Origin: Gemmatimonadota bacterium
GTDB taxonomy: Bacteria > Gemmatimonadota > Gemmatimonadetes > Gemmatimonadales > Gemmatimonadaceae
Length of the DNA: 43,608 nucleotides
NCBI GenBank assembly: GCA_040389905.1
Contig: JAZJZK010000037.1
Coordinates: 1 to 43,608 of the forward strand
Reading direction: 5' to 3'
Position 1 is the first letter of the stretch; every line of letters begins with the position of its first letter. A model generated the notes under the pieces. That model was not told where the DNA came from, ran no database searches, and saw only the letters and a list, made by a program, of their open reading frames with translations. The position numbers were made by a program, and so were the translations under genes. Shown one piece after another: positions 28,842 through 39,759 of this stretch.

Positions 28842-29926
28842 CGTCCTATACGATTGCCGTGCTGCCTGGAGATGGTATCGGGCCAGAAGTTGCGGAACAG
28901 GCCCAGCGCGTTCTGGCCGCGGTCGCGATACACTTTGGACATGAGATCACGTTTCACGAAGGGCTGATTGGCGGCGCGGCAATCGACGGTACGGGCACTG
29001 CGCTGCCGGACGACACCGTTGCATTGTGCCGGCGTGCCGACGCCGTACTGCTCGGTGCTGTTGGTGGTCCGAAGTGGGACGACCCGTCCGCGACGGTGCG
29101 GCCCGAGCAAGGCCTCTTGGCGATTCGGCGTGCGTTGGGGCTGTACGCGAATCTTCGTCCGGTCCGCCCATATCCGTCGTTACTCGATGCGTCGCCGCTG
29201 CGGCCAGAGCGTCTCGCGGGAGTGGACTTCATCGTCGTTCGCGAGCTGACCGGCGGAATTTACTTTGGCGACAAAGGAGTAGAGTCGCTCGCGAACGGCG
29301 GTGAGCGCGCACACGATCTGTGCGTCTATGACACCAGCGAGATCGAGCGAATCGTCCGGACAGGCGGCCAACTGGCACGGAGCCGGCGCAGGAAGCTGAC
29401 GTCGGTTGACAAGGCAAACGTGCTCGAGACGTCGCGCCTTTGGCGTCGGGTCACCGCGCGGATCATGGCCGATGAATTCCCCGACGTCGAGTTGGAGCAC
29501 ATCCTCGTCGATTCGTGCGCCATGCATCTCGTGACGAGCCCGTCGCGCTTCGACGTCATCGTGACGGAGAACATGTTCGGCGACATCCTTACCGACGAAG
29601 CGGCGGTGCTTACCGGATCGATCGGCGTGTTGCCGTCGGCGTCACTGGGTGCGGTAACGGCACGTGGCCGAATCGGGCTGTACGAGCCGATTCACGGGTC
29701 CGCACCGGATATCGCGGGGCGAAACATTGCGAATCCAATCGGGACGATCCTGAGCGCGGCGCTGCTGTTACGGCACTCGCTCGCGCTCGAGGACGCGGCG
29801 GCGGCGGTCGAACATGCAGTATCTCGCGTTCTGAGCGAGGGCTTGAGAACAGCGGATCTTGGCGGATCGGCAACCACCGCGCGCGCCGGGGATGCGATAC
29901 TCGCGAGTCTATTTCACGGAGATTGA
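28838..29926 (+). CDS. leuB: 3-isopropylmalate dehydrogenase
   Basis: [48 protein letters not shown]. Confidence 0.97.
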   Translation: MTSYTIAVLPGDGIGPEVAEQAQRVLAAVAIHFGHEITFHEGLIGGAAIDGTGTALPDDTVALCRRADAVLLGAVGGPKWDDPSATVRPEQGLLAIRRALGLYANLRPVRPYPSLLDASPLRPERLAGVDFIVVRELTGGIYFGDKGVESLANGGERAHDLCVYDTSEIERIVRTGGQLARSRRRKLTSVDKANVLETSRLWRRVTARIMADEFPDVELEHILVDSCAMHLVTSPSRFDVIVTENMFGDILTDEAAVLTGSIGVLPSASLGAVTARGRIGLYEPIHGSAPDIAGRNIANPIGTILSAALLLRHSLALEDAAAAVEHAVSRVLSEGLRTADLGGSATTARAGDAILASLFHGD

Positions 29927-30003
29927 GGAACGGATTTCACGGATGCAACGGAAAGAGTCGGATCCGGCTGTTTCAGGTGCATCCGTTACTGATCCGTCTT
30001 TCT

Positions 30004-30044
30004 GCTCGTTTTGTCGCCCTGAGCGCAGCGAAGGGCCTGCACCT
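30004..30044. repeat. REP-like type B copy
   Basis: GCTCGTTTTGTCGCCCTGAGCGCAGCGAAGGGCCTGCACCT; direct repeat of 33114-33154. Confidence 0.8.
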
Positions 30045-30066
30045 GAAGTTCCGACGAAGGGCTCAT

Positions 30067-30317
30067 GGTCGCACGTTTCACGGCATCACTATCCAGATGT
30101 TCTGGTCCGACCGTGCTCCGCCGCACTTTCATGCGGTGTACGGAGAGCACGAAGCCGTGATCGAGATTCGGACTCTAGCTTCCTCCGCGGGTCATTGCCT
30201 CGGCGCGCTCGCCTCTTGATCTTGCAGTGGGCGAAGTTGCACGAACGAGAGTTGATGGAGAATTGGGAACTGTGCGCAAGCAATCAGACACCACGAAAGA
30301 TCCGACCGCTCGCCTGA
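30067..30317 (+). pseudogene. DUF4160-family putative toxin, frameshifted and lacking a start codon
   Basis: FHGITIQMF..APPHFHAVYGEHEAVIEIRTL in one frame and GSLPRRARLLILQWAKLHERELMENW in another; 1-nt deletion near 30178. Confidence 0.8.
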
Positions 30318-30589
30318 CCCCCCGAGTGCCGTGGCGTGTCGAAAGCGTCAAGGCTCTCCCCGGTCATCGTCTCGCCGTTGTGTTTGCGGACGGCACGGCC
30401 GGTGAAGTCGATGTTTCGAGGATCATCTTCGGCCCCATGCCTGGCGTCTTTGCGGTGCTCCGCGATCCGGCGTTATTCGCCCAGGTCGGCATTGAGCTCG
30501 GCGCCGTCACCTGGCCGGGCGAACTCGACCTCGCGCCCGACGCGATGTACGACGAGATCAAGGCGCATGGCAGCTGGACGCCGTGCTGA
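30272..30589 (+). CDS. DUF2442-family protein (putative antitoxin partner of DUF4160)
   Basis: VKALPGHRLAVVFADG..GVFAVLRDPALFAQV..GAVTWPGELDLAPDAMY. Start uncertain. Confidence 0.85.
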   Translation: MRKQSDTTKDPTARLTPRVPWRVESVKALPGHRLAVVFADGTAGEVDVSRIIFGPMPGVFAVLRDPALFAQVGIELGAVTWPGELDLAPDAMYDEIKAHGSWTPC

Positions 30590-30604
30590 AGCAGCCGCTG
30601 AACG

Positions 30605-31162
30605 CTACCAGAAAACCTTCTTGATCCCAGTCAGCTCACGCCTGCCCCGCATGCTCCAGTAGATCACCAGCCCTGTCACACCGAGTATCGCGAGGGACGT
30701 ACCCCAGAACATGGCGACGACGAGTCCGCCGTCCCCGAACCACTCGCCGCTGTGGAGCCGGTACCAGAACGGCTTGTCCGCATATTCCTCGTTGGAAATC
30801 AGCGCACCTGTCGTGGCATTGAAGACGAGCTTTCGATCTTCCCCACCGGTCGGCTTGCCGGTGAAGATCGCGACCGTCGGAGTCTCACCCTTGAACTGCG
30901 TTTGGATCTTGTCGATCGGTGCGCCGGGATTGATGAGTGCAGCGCCCGCGACCGCCTTCGAAATCGGGCCGGACCATGCGTCCGCACCCGATGCCACTGT
31001 CACGGGGCTGACGACATCGCGCGTCGCTTCGCGGAGGGCCTCGTCCTCGCCAAAGAATTCAATTCCTGCGACGATCACACCGGTGGTCGCCGCAAAGATG
31101 AGGAAGAGGGCAGCCGGAAAGCCGACCCAGCGATGCAGTTGACGCCACGACCGACGATTCAT
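30605..31162 (-). CDS. PepSY-associated TM helix domain protein
   Basis: WRQLHRWVG, YRLHSGEWFG, TGLVIYW. Confidence 0.85.
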   Translation of the reverse strand: MNRRSWRQLHRWVGFPAALFLIFAATTGVIVAGIEFFGEDEALREATRDVVSPVTVASGADAWSGPISKAVAGAALINPGAPIDKIQTQFKGETPTVAIFTGKPTGGEDRKLVFNATTGALISNEEYADKPFWYRLHSGEWFGDGGLVVAMFWGTSLAILGVTGLVIYWSMRGRRELTGIKKVFW

Positions 31163-31226
31163 CGAGCCTGAAGGTGAGAGGTTTCGGCGGTGAAGTTGGT
31201 ACCCGACATGCTCACGCGGAAGACAC

Positions 31227-31775
31227 TCAGACCGTTGGGATGGCCTTGTACGATCGGTGACCGGAGTTCCTGCGTCGGAGCAGCGCCGCAGACACCAGCG
31301 TGATAATCAGACCAACCGGGAATGGCTCGAGCAAGGTCATGCCGACGTTGAAGAAGGGATTCTTGTAGAGCTCCTTGAAGCGCGCCATCTCCTGCGCCTT
31401 GACCTCGAGCTGCGCAGCCGTTGCGCCGGTCGCTTTCTCCTTCTCGAGCACTCGGCTCGCGTACTTGTCGCCGAAGTCCGGCCACACCTTGCAGTAGATG
31501 ATCTCCCAGCTGGCGACATACAAGGTGCTGGCGACCAGCGTGATCAGGATGCCGACCTTGAACGCTCGGCCGAAGCTGATCGACTTTTCCGGCGTGGTTT
31601 CGCGATAGCTGCGGATGCCGAAATACACCATCAGGAAGGCGAGTACCATCGTCGTGTAGCCGAGGATCTCGCCCTTGTCGAAGCCGATCTCGTCGATGAG
31701 CGCGGCGGTGGTGAACATCATGGCGGAGAAGATGGCTCCGGCAATGAGTCCGAAGGTCAACACGATGCGTTGCAT
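31227..31775 (-). CDS. DUF4199-like membrane protein
   Basis: GEILGYTTMVLAF..FGIRSYR..ISFGRAFKVG..EPFPVGLIITLVSA; 4 TM helices. Confidence 0.8.
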   Translation of the reverse strand: MQRIVLTFGLIAGAIFSAMMFTTAALIDEIGFDKGEILGYTTMVLAFLMVYFGIRSYRETTPEKSISFGRAFKVGILITLVASTLYVASWEIIYCKVWPDFGDKYASRVLEKEKATGATAAQLEVKAQEMARFKELYKNPFFNVGMTLLEPFPVGLIITLVSAALLRRRNSGHRSYKAIPTV

Positions 31776-31832
31776 GGGACACTCCGTTGGCGGTGATGCC
31801 GGCGAGAGTAGTCCCAGCGTTCGAGGAACGCG

Positions 31833-31886
31833 TCACACTTTCGGGTGATTTTCGTGGCGTCGCGTGAAAATCATCCCTTTGGGTGA
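31833..31886. promoter_or_regulatory. Pair of 16-bp imperfect palindromes, candidate LuxR/NarL-type boxes
   Basis: TCACACTTTCGGGTGA (31833-31848) and TCATCCCTTTGGGTGA (31871-31886), between the regulator gene and the DUF4199 gene. Confidence 0.6.
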
Positions 31887-31899
31887 GCCGTTTGGCTGC

Positions 31900-32352
31900 T
31901 CAGGGAATGATTCCCAGTTGCTTCGCCGTCTGAACCGCCTGCGTGCGGCGCTTCGCGTCGAGCTTCTCGAACAACCGGCTGGAGTGTGTCTTCACGGTGT
32001 TCTCGCTCACGAACACCTTTTCGGCGATCTCTCGGTTCGACAGACCCGAGGCGATGAGTTCGAGGATTTCAAGCTCTCGAGGGGTGATGCCGAGCGTCTC
32101 GACCTTGTGAACGTTTCGCGTGAACGTCGTGGCGGCGGGCACGGCGACTTCGACTTCGCGGATGACGATCGTTTCCTTGGCCTTCGTGAGCCGGAGGCCG
32201 AGCCAGATGCCAACGACGGCGAAAATGATCGCGATAAGGCCGCCGTAGATCTCGACCGAGTGCTCGATCACGAGGTAACGGTACTCGACCGCCTTGAGGA
32301 GTGCGATCAGCACGCCGCCGAAAAGCCCGTAGATGAGGACCTGTTTCTTCAC
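31900..32352 (-). CDS. Membrane-anchored LuxR-family transcription factor
   Basis: Two N-terminal TM helices; ITPRELEILELIASGLSNREIAEKVFVSENTVKTH. Confidence 0.92.
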   Translation of the reverse strand: MKKQVLIYGLFGGVLIALLKAVEYRYLVIEHSVEIYGGLIAIIFAVVGIWLGLRLTKAKETIVIREVEVAVPAATTFTRNVHKVETLGITPRELEILELIASGLSNREIAEKVFVSENTVKTHSSRLFEKLDAKRRTQAVQTAKQLGIIP

Positions 32353-32412
32353 CCGGGAGAGTCTAGCGCGACCTCGTCAGCCCAACCAGAGCAGAACGCG
32401 AGGGCGCGTAGG

Positions 32413-32907
32413 TCAGGAGATAAGGGAGGAAGTCTTCTTAATGTAGACCAACTTGCTCCGCGTATCGAGGCGACGGAACTGCGTCCGCTCCTCGAAGACG
32501 AGGTTCCCGTTCAGGTCGACGAACAGCGTCCGAGTGGTGTGCAGCGTGTCGCCGCTCATCAGGAAAGTGGCCGTGATGACCAGTCGATCGCCTACCCATT
32601 TTGCGTATGCCCTCTCCGGCACGGGTTGGTCGCGTTGGTAGATGGCATTCACGGTTTCGGATCCGTCGAGCGCATACGTCGCCAAAAGGGAGCCATCGCC
32701 GAGCGTGAGATGCTTGCCGTCCTGGGTGATCTTGAGCGATCCACTCGCCTTGGCAAAGACTCCATTCTGGCCGGTAGTCGGCAGCGGCTGGTTCGGAATG
32801 GCGCCGGGAACGGGCTTCCATGTGCCGGCGAGACTTGGTCTCTGCTGCGCGTTCCCGGTGGCGCTGACGATGAAGGCGATGTTCACGACGGCAACGGCGA
32901 TCCGCAT
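32413..32907 (-). CDS. Secreted hypothetical protein (beta-barrel-like, LAGTWK)
   Basis: GGAGG RBS, signal peptide and beta-rich composition. Confidence 0.7.
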   Translation of the reverse strand: MRIAVAVVNIAFIVSATGNAQQRPSLAGTWKPVPGAIPNQPLPTTGQNGVFAKASGSLKITQDGKHLTLGDGSLLATYALDGSETVNAIYQRDQPVPERAYAKWVGDRLVITATFLMSGDTLHTTRTLFVDLNGNLVFEERTQFRRLDTRSKLVYIKKTSSLIS

Positions 32908-33021
32908 GGGGTAACCTCCGTTCGAGAGGCTCCATGCTAACACGGCATTCCTTCATTCCCCATTAACTGTCGGTTGCGAGATTCTTAAGAAATGATTGCG
33001 TCCACACCGTTGCCGCCATTT

Positions 33022-33205
33022 TTACCGCAGAGGACGCGGAGGAACGCAGGACAACGGAACTGCAGGGAGGTGCAGACCCCTCGACTCGCGTTGTTCGCTC
33101 GGGGTGACAGCCCGCTCGTTTTGTCGCCCTGAACCAAGTGAAGGGCCTGCACCTTCAGTTGCAGTTCCTCTGCGTACCTCTGCGCCTCTGCGCCCCCTGC
33201 GGTAA
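33022..33205. repeat. Nested composite palindrome: CGCAGAGG-type outer arms enclosing type A and type B REP-like units
   Basis: Outer TTACCGCAG..GGAACTGCA / TGCAGTTCC..CTGCGGTAA; inner units at 33068-33110 (A) and 33114-33154 (B). Confidence 0.8.
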
Positions 33206-33261
33206 GAACGACGCCGCCGGTTTACGTGAACAAATGCCTGCATCGCGCAGGAGACCCAGAC

Positions 33262-34307
<1,046 letters not shown>

Positions 34308-34311
<4 letters not shown>

Positions 34312-34637
34312 GAGACAAGCTCCTCAGCGGTGGTGGCGGTGGATGGGAAATCGAATTGGCGCATGACGGCTGCGAACTGGCTGAACCGCGCGTCTTCGTG
34401 CGGTAGCTCGGACACCGACAACACATCGATGAGCCGAGAGAGTTGTTGGACGATCTGGTGCACGTCGGCGGCTTCCACGACGATCACCATTCGGCTGGTC
34501 CCCGATCGGTCCGTGGCGCTGACGACCAGACTCGACACGTTGTAGTCGCGCCGCCGTATGAGGCCGATCGCGCGATAGAGTGCGCCAGGCCGGTCGTTGA
34601 GTTGAACCACGAGGGTGTGCGTCCGTGTGCGCATCAT
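34308..34637 (-). CDS. ilvN: Acetolactate synthase small subunit (short ACT type)
   Basis: [26 protein letters not shown]; lies between ilvB and ilvC with overlaps. Confidence 0.9.
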
Positions 34638-36445
34638 GGCCTCCCCGCATATGCTGGTGATTCCGCTGCTGCATGCGTGTTGGCGTCGACCATCATCTCA
34701 CCGATGCTCCGGCCCTGCGGCACCATCGGGAAGACGTTCGCCTCACGCTCGACGCGGAAATCGATGACGACGACACCGGGATGCTCCCATGCTTCGTCGA
34801 TCGCCCACTCGACGTTCGCGACGCTGTCCACAGTGATCCCTCGCACACCGTACGCTTCAGCGAGCTTCGCGAAATCGGGACCGGTCAACGGCGTACCGCT
34901 ATAGCGCTTCCCCTCGAAGAGTTGCTGCCACTGTCGCACCATCCCGAGGTAGCCGTTATTGACGATCGCGATCTTGACGTTCTTCAGCCCTTCCTGCGCC
35001 ATCGTCGCGATCTCCTGATTCGTCATCTGGAATCCGCCATCGCCTGCGACGACCCAGATCGTTTCATCCGGCAACGCCATCGCGGCGCCGAGTGCCGCGG
35101 GCACGGCGAAGCCCATCGTGCCAGAGCCGCCGCTGGTGATGTGCGTGCGTGGCCGCTGCCAGTCGAGCAATTGTGCCGCCCACATCTGGTGTTGTCCGAC
35201 GTCCGTGACGATCCGGCAACGTCCACGGGCCTGGCGCGCGGCGTTGAGCGCCGCACAGACGTCATGCGGCTGAAGCATTTCGGTGTCAGGCCGACGCCGG
35301 TACGCCTGCCGCGGCTCGTACGTGACTCGCAGGGCGCGCACTTCCTCGCGCCACGGATCGAGGGCATGTCCCTCGCTTCGTTCCGGGCGGCATCCATCAG
35401 CCTGGTCGTTCTGCAAACGAAGTCCAGCGAGCAGCGCGGCGATCGCCGCACGCGCGTCGCCAACGATGCCGACCTTCACGGGGACCAGCTTCCCGATCTC
35501 CGACGGATCGACATCGACATGAATGACCGACGCGTGCGGCGCGAAGGTCGACGCCTTGCCAGTGACCCGATCGTCGAAGCGACTGCCGATGTTGAGCAAC
35601 ACGTCACAGCGCTGGATGGCGCGGTTGACGTGCACCCACCCATGCATGCCCGGCATCCCGAGACTCAGCGCATGCTCCTGCGGAAATGCGCCGAGTCCAT
35701 GCAGCGTTGTGATCACCGGAATGCCAGTGTATTCCGCGAGTTCCAGCAACTCGGCGGTTGCGCCACTCTGAATCACGCCGTTGCCCGCGAGAATCAATGG
35801 TCGTTGAGCGTGTGTGAGCAATTCGATCGCCTGCTGCACGCCACTCTCGTTGATCGCGCTCGTCCGGCGATCGGCATAGCCTGGGAGATCGAGGGCGACA
35901 TCCCAATCGGGGATGACGCTCGCCTGCTGCGCATCCTTGGTCACGTCCACAAGCACCGGGCCAGGCCTGCCCGTGGACGCGATGTGAAACGCCTCGGCGA
36001 TGACGCGCGGAATGTCGCGCGCGTCGCGCACGAGGTAGCTGTGCTTGGTGATCGGCACGGTGATGCCGATGATGTCCGTTTCCTGGAATGCATCTGTGCC
36101 GAGCAGCGCGCTGGGCACTTGGCCGGTGAGTGCCACAAGCGGCGACGAATCCATCCATGCGTCGGCGATGGGCGTGACGAGATTCGTCGCGCCCGGACCA
36201 CTCGTCGCAACGCAGACGCCGACACGCCCACTCACCCGCGCGTAACCCTCCGCGGCGTGACCCGCTCCCTGCTCGTGTCGACAGAGCACGTGATGGAGTT
36301 GGTCAGCATATTCCGGCAACGCGTGGTAGAAGGGCATGATCGCTCCGCCCGGTATTCCGAAGATCACATCGACGCCTTGACGGATGAGCGCCTCGCAGAG
36401 GATTTGCGCGCCGGTGCGCACGCGCGGATCTGGAGAGGGGTTCAT
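34634..36445 (-). CDS. ilvB: Acetolactate synthase large subunit
   Basis: [57 protein letters not shown]. Confidence 0.97.
   Translation of the reverse strand: MNPSPDPRVRTGAQILCEALIRQGVDVIFGIPGGAIMPFYHALPEYADQLHHVLCRHEQGAGHAAEGYARVSGRVGVCVATSGPGATNLVTPIADAWMDSSPLVALTGQVPSALLGTDAFQETDIIGITVPITKHSYLVRDARDIPRVIAEAFHIASTGRPGPVLVDVTKDAQQASVIPDWDVALDLPGYADRRTSAINESGVQQAIELLTHAQRPLILAGNGVIQSGATAELLELAEYTGIPVITTLHGLGAFPQEHALSLGMPGMHGWVHVNRAIQRCDVLLNIGSRFDDRVTGKASTFAPHASVIHVDVDPSEIGKLVPVKVGIVGDARAAIAALLAGLRLQNDQADGCRPERSEGHALDPWREEVRALRVTYEPRQAYRRRPDTEMLQPHDVCAALNAARQARGRCRIVTDVGQHQMWAAQLLDWQRPRTHITSGGSGTMGFAVPAALGAAMALPDETIWVVAGDGGFQMTNQEIATMAQEGLKNVKIAIVNNGYLGMVRQWQQLFEGKRYSGTPLTGPDFAKLAEAYGVRGITVDSVANVEWAIDEAWEHPGVVVIDFRVEREANVFPMVPQGRSIGEMMVDANTHAAAESPAYAGRP
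35361..35393. repeat. Degenerate REP-like type B remnant inside ilvB
   Basis: Minus strand TGCCGCCCGGAACGAAGCGAGGGACATGCCCT versus type B TGTCGCCCTGAGCGCAGCGAAGGGCCTGCACCT; encodes [10 protein letters not shown]. Confidence 0.55.
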
Positions 36446-38163
36446 CGCACGTCTCCGGCATGCGCAGGTGAGCGCGTCTCCGGCACTGCGAGCACGGCGC
36501 CGGTGTGCGCACTCGTCACCATGGCCGCGTATCGCGCGAGCCATCCACGCGTGAACTTGGGCGCTGGTGCGGTCCACTCGCGTGCGCGGGCTTCCAACTC
36601 GTACGGCGAAAGCTCGACGTCGAGTTGGCGAGCCGCGAGGTCGATCGTGATGATGTCGCCGTCGCGGAGGAGTCCGATTGCGCCGCCGTCGGCCGCTTCT
36701 GGCGACACGTGTCCGATGCACAGACCACGCGTGCCTCCTGAGAATCGGCCGTCGGTCACGAGTGCGACCGACTCGCCAATCGGCATACCCTTGAGAAGAC
36801 TGGTGAGCGCGAGCATCTCGCGCATGCCTGGTCCGCCGCGCGGACCTTCGTTCCGAACGATCACGACGTCGCCGGCGACGATGCCACCTGCCAGTGCCGC
36901 CGCAGCCGCCGCTTCTTCGCTCTCGAAGACGCGCGCTGGGCCCTGGAAGGTCATCTCATGTTGCGACACCGCGCCGACCTTGATCACCGCGCCGAGTGGC
37001 GCGAGGGAGCCGAAGAGGACGGCGAGTGCGCCGCGCGCCGTGTGTGGATTATCGATTGGCCGGATGCATTCCGGGTTGGCATTCTTCACGCCGACCAGCG
37101 ACTCACCAATCGTCTTGCCGGTGACCGTCGCCGCATCGAGGTGCAGCACCCCGGGCTTCTTCGCCAACTCGGCCATGATCGCCGGAATGCCACCCGCCGC
37201 GTGGACGTCCTGCATGTGCCATTGCCGATCGCCATCCCACGCTGGGGACACCTTCGCGAGGTGCGGAGTGCGTTCCGCGACGTCATTGAATCGCGCGAGC
37301 GGATAGTCAACCTCCGCTTCGCGCGCGAGCGCGAGCACGTGCAGTACCGTGTTCGTCGAGCCGCCCATGGCGACGTCGAGCGCAACAGCGTTGTCGATCG
37401 CATCCGGCGTCACGATATCGCGAAAGGTCTTCCCCTCGGCGACGAGTCGGAGCAAGTGCTCCGCCGCCGCTTGCGCGAGCGCTTGACGATCAGGCGACGT
37501 CGCGAGAATCGATCCGTTGCCGGGCAGTGCCAGGCCGATGGCCTCGCAGAGACAATTCATCGAGTTCGCCGTGAACATCCCACTACAACTGCCGCAGGTG
37601 GGGCACGCATTGCGCTCGAGATCGAGCAAACGCGCATCGTCGATGCGGCCTGCCGCGCGTTGCCCGACGCCCTCGAAGACGGAGATGAGATCGACCTTGT
37701 TGCCAGCAGAATCGCGTCCGGCCTCCATCGGGCCACCGGAGACGAACACCGTGGGAACGTTTGCACGAGCGGCACCCATCAGCATGCCCGGCACGATCTT
37801 GTCGCAGTTCGGAATGCAGATCACGGCATCGAAGCAGTGCGCGCGCACCATGGTTTCGACGGAATCCGCGATGATCTCGCGCGACGGTAACGAGTAGTGC
37901 ATGCCCTCGTGGCCCATCACGATGCCGTCGTCGACGCCGATCGTATTGAACTCGAAGGGAATGCCACCGGCGGCGCGAATGGCGTCCTTGACGACTCTGC
38001 CGAATGCCTGGAGGTGTACGTGGCCTGGCACGATGTCGACGTACGAATTGCACACCGCGATGAACGGCTTCTCCCACTCGCCGTCCTTCACCTGGCCGGT
38101 GGCGCGCAGCAGGCTGCGGTGTGGTGCGCGGTCCATGCCGCGCTTGATGGTGTCCGATCGCAT
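36442..38163 (-). CDS. ilvD: Dihydroxy-acid dehydratase
   Basis: [60 protein letters not shown]. Confidence 0.97.
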   Translation of the reverse strand: MRSDTIKRGMDRAPHRSLLRATGQVKDGEWEKPFIAVCNSYVDIVPGHVHLQAFGRVVKDAIRAAGGIPFEFNTIGVDDGIVMGHEGMHYSLPSREIIADSVETMVRAHCFDAVICIPNCDKIVPGMLMGAARANVPTVFVSGGPMEAGRDSAGNKVDLISVFEGVGQRAAGRIDDARLLDLERNACPTCGSCSGMFTANSMNCLCEAIGLALPGNGSILATSPDRQALAQAAAEHLLRLVAEGKTFRDIVTPDAIDNAVALDVAMGGSTNTVLHVLALAREAEVDYPLARFNDVAERTPHLAKVSPAWDGDRQWHMQDVHAAGGIPAIMAELAKKPGVLHLDAATVTGKTIGESLVGVKNANPECIRPIDNPHTARGALAVLFGSLAPLGAVIKVGAVSQHEMTFQGPARVFESEEAAAAAALAGGIVAGDVVIVRNEGPRGGPGMREMLALTSLLKGMPIGESVALVTDGRFSGGTRGLCIGHVSPEAADGGAIGLLRDGDIITIDLAARQLDVELSPYELEARAREWTAPAPKFTRGWLARYAAMVTSAHTGAVLAVPETRSPAHAGDVR

Positions 38164-38190
38164 GTCGCCTCTCGAGAGAGTAGATGCGAC

Positions 38191-38277
38191 AGCGGCCCGT
38201 CCGAAGAGGGACGGGCCGCGGCGATCATTCTTCGCGTCCCCTCCCGTTTTCGAGAGGGTCGCGGTCGTTGTTACTGA
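38191..38277 (-). promoter_or_regulatory. ilv attenuator alternative hairpins
   Basis: On the minus strand: CCCTCTCG-aaaa-CGGGAGGG and GCGGCCCGTCC-ctcttc-GGACGGGCCGC, with cross-complementary segments. Confidence 0.65.
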
Positions 38278-38370
38278 TTACGCCGCGGTACCCTCTCGCA
38301 CGCTAATTACCTCCGCAAGTACTACGGAGATTACGATAAGCGAAAGGAGGACGAGCGACGCGAGGATCAT
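38278..38370 (-). CDS. ilv operon leader peptide (MILASLVLLSLIVISVVLAEVISV...)
   Basis: 16 of residues 2-24 are Ile/Leu/Val; directly upstream of ilvD. Alternative starts at 38406/38409. Confidence 0.75.
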   Translation of the reverse strand: MILASLVLLSLIVISVVLAEVISVREGTAA

Positions 38371-38610
38371 TTTCTGTGGCGCGGGTTGTGGTGCCTGTCT
38401 CGACATCATAGGCACGAATATGCCTAACGCGCAAGTGTCAGTTTCATTCACTCCCCTATCGGTATTTGTCCGGATTCGAGACAAAAGCAAAGCAGCTGCA
38501 ACTGAAGCCGCCCCGCGGCTGGTGTCGGTTTATCGGCGGTTCATGCCGCCAGCCTGCAGCTGAAGACGTAGCCTCTACCGCCCAGCAACGCACCCTGCGT
38601 ATGCTCCACC

Positions 38611-39759
38611 ATGTCCGAAGCCACGCCGCCGCAGTACGCGACCCTCGATGACGACGCCTCCCTGACGAGCCGGGAGATTGCGTTCATTTGTGGTTTCTGG
38701 CTGCTCTATGCACTGCTCAACTTTGCGAACCGGCTGTTCGACATGATGAGCCGTGGTCGCGACATGGTCATCCAGGTGGACTGGATCACCGTGCCGATGA
38801 TCGATGCGGTGTGTTGGGCGTTGCTCACCATCCCTCTCTTCTCCCTCGCGGCGCGATTCTCCGGTGACCGGCTCACGCCGGCGCGGCGCGTCGCGCTCTT
38901 TGGGATTCTCGGTGTTGCTGTTGTCGTCCTTCTCGGAATCATCGGGACGATGTCGCGATCGGCGTTTTCTACGCCGCAAGGGGGCGGGCCAGCAGGCGGG
39001 CCCCGCGGCAGGCGTGGCGGACCACCGCCGTTCTGGTTCGGCATGATCAACGCGCTCGTCATCTACCTCGGCGTGCTGGCGGCTGGTTTCGCGCGCGCGT
39101 ATTCGCTGCAGTACCGGGCGCGACGCGAGCAGGCGACTATCCTCGAGCGGCAGCTCGCAGAGGCGCGGTTGGACGCACTCCGGCGGCAGCTCGATCCGCA
39201 CTTTCTCTTCAATACGTTGAATGCGGTTGCGTCTCTCGTCGAGCGTGATCCGCGCGGCGTGCGCAAGATGATCTCCCGACTCGGCGCGCTCCTTCGTTTC
39301 AGTCTCGAGGGAGCAGATGCGGCCGAGATCCCCTTGAGAAAAGAGTTGGAGCTGCTTCAGCAGTATCTCGAAATCATGCAGGTGCGGTTCCAGGGGCGGC
39401 TCGACGTGGTGACCAACGCCGATTCGCGGACGCTCGATGCGCTTGTGCCGACGCTCGTGCTCCAGCCCCTGGTCGAGAACGCAATCAAGCATGGCATCGA
39501 GCCGCAGCGCGACGGCGGACGGATCACGATCGAAACGCGCCTCGATGGCGGTCGCGTGACCCTCAGCGTCCGCGACGACGGCCACGGCATTCCTGCCTCG
39601 GTGACCAGCGTCGCTTCAACTGGCGTCGGACTCAGGAACACGAGGGCACGGCTCTCGCAGCTCTACGGAGAGCACCAGTCCTTCGAGCTGGCTGCCTCTG
39701 CTTCCGGCGGGACGGTCGCCACGGTGACCATTCCCTTTCACACGACAAGCGATGCCTGA
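38611..39759 (+). CDS. LytS/YehU-type sensor histidine kinase
   Basis: TM helices; QLDPHFLFNTLN, LQPLVENAIKHG, DDGHG, GVGLRN. Confidence 0.95.
   Translation: MSEATPPQYATLDDDASLTSREIAFICGFWLLYALLNFANRLFDMMSRGRDMVIQVDWITVPMIDAVCWALLTIPLFSLAARFSGDRLTPARRVALFGILGVAVVVLLGIIGTMSRSAFSTPQGGGPAGGPRGRRGGPPPFWFGMINALVIYLGVLAAGFARAYSLQYRARREQATILERQLAEARLDALRRQLDPHFLFNTLNAVASLVERDPRGVRKMISRLGALLRFSLEGADAAEIPLRKELELLQQYLEIMQVRFQGRLDVVTNADSRTLDALVPTLVLQPLVENAIKHGIEPQRDGGRITIETRLDGGRVTLSVRDDGHGIPASVTSVASTGVGLRNTRARLSQLYGEHQSFELAASASGGTVATVTIPFHTTSDA

Noticed and set aside
29515..30317. ORFs 29515-30219 and 29859-30317 as real genes
   Set aside because: Each carries only half of the frameshifted DUF4160 gene plus off-frame leuB and repeat sequence.
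31864..32940. 358-aa plus-strand ORF
   Set aside because: Antisense to the LuxR and secreted-protein genes.
34673..37306. 877-aa plus-strand ORF
   Set aside because: Antisense shadow of ilvB/ilvD caused by high-GC codon bias; no motifs.
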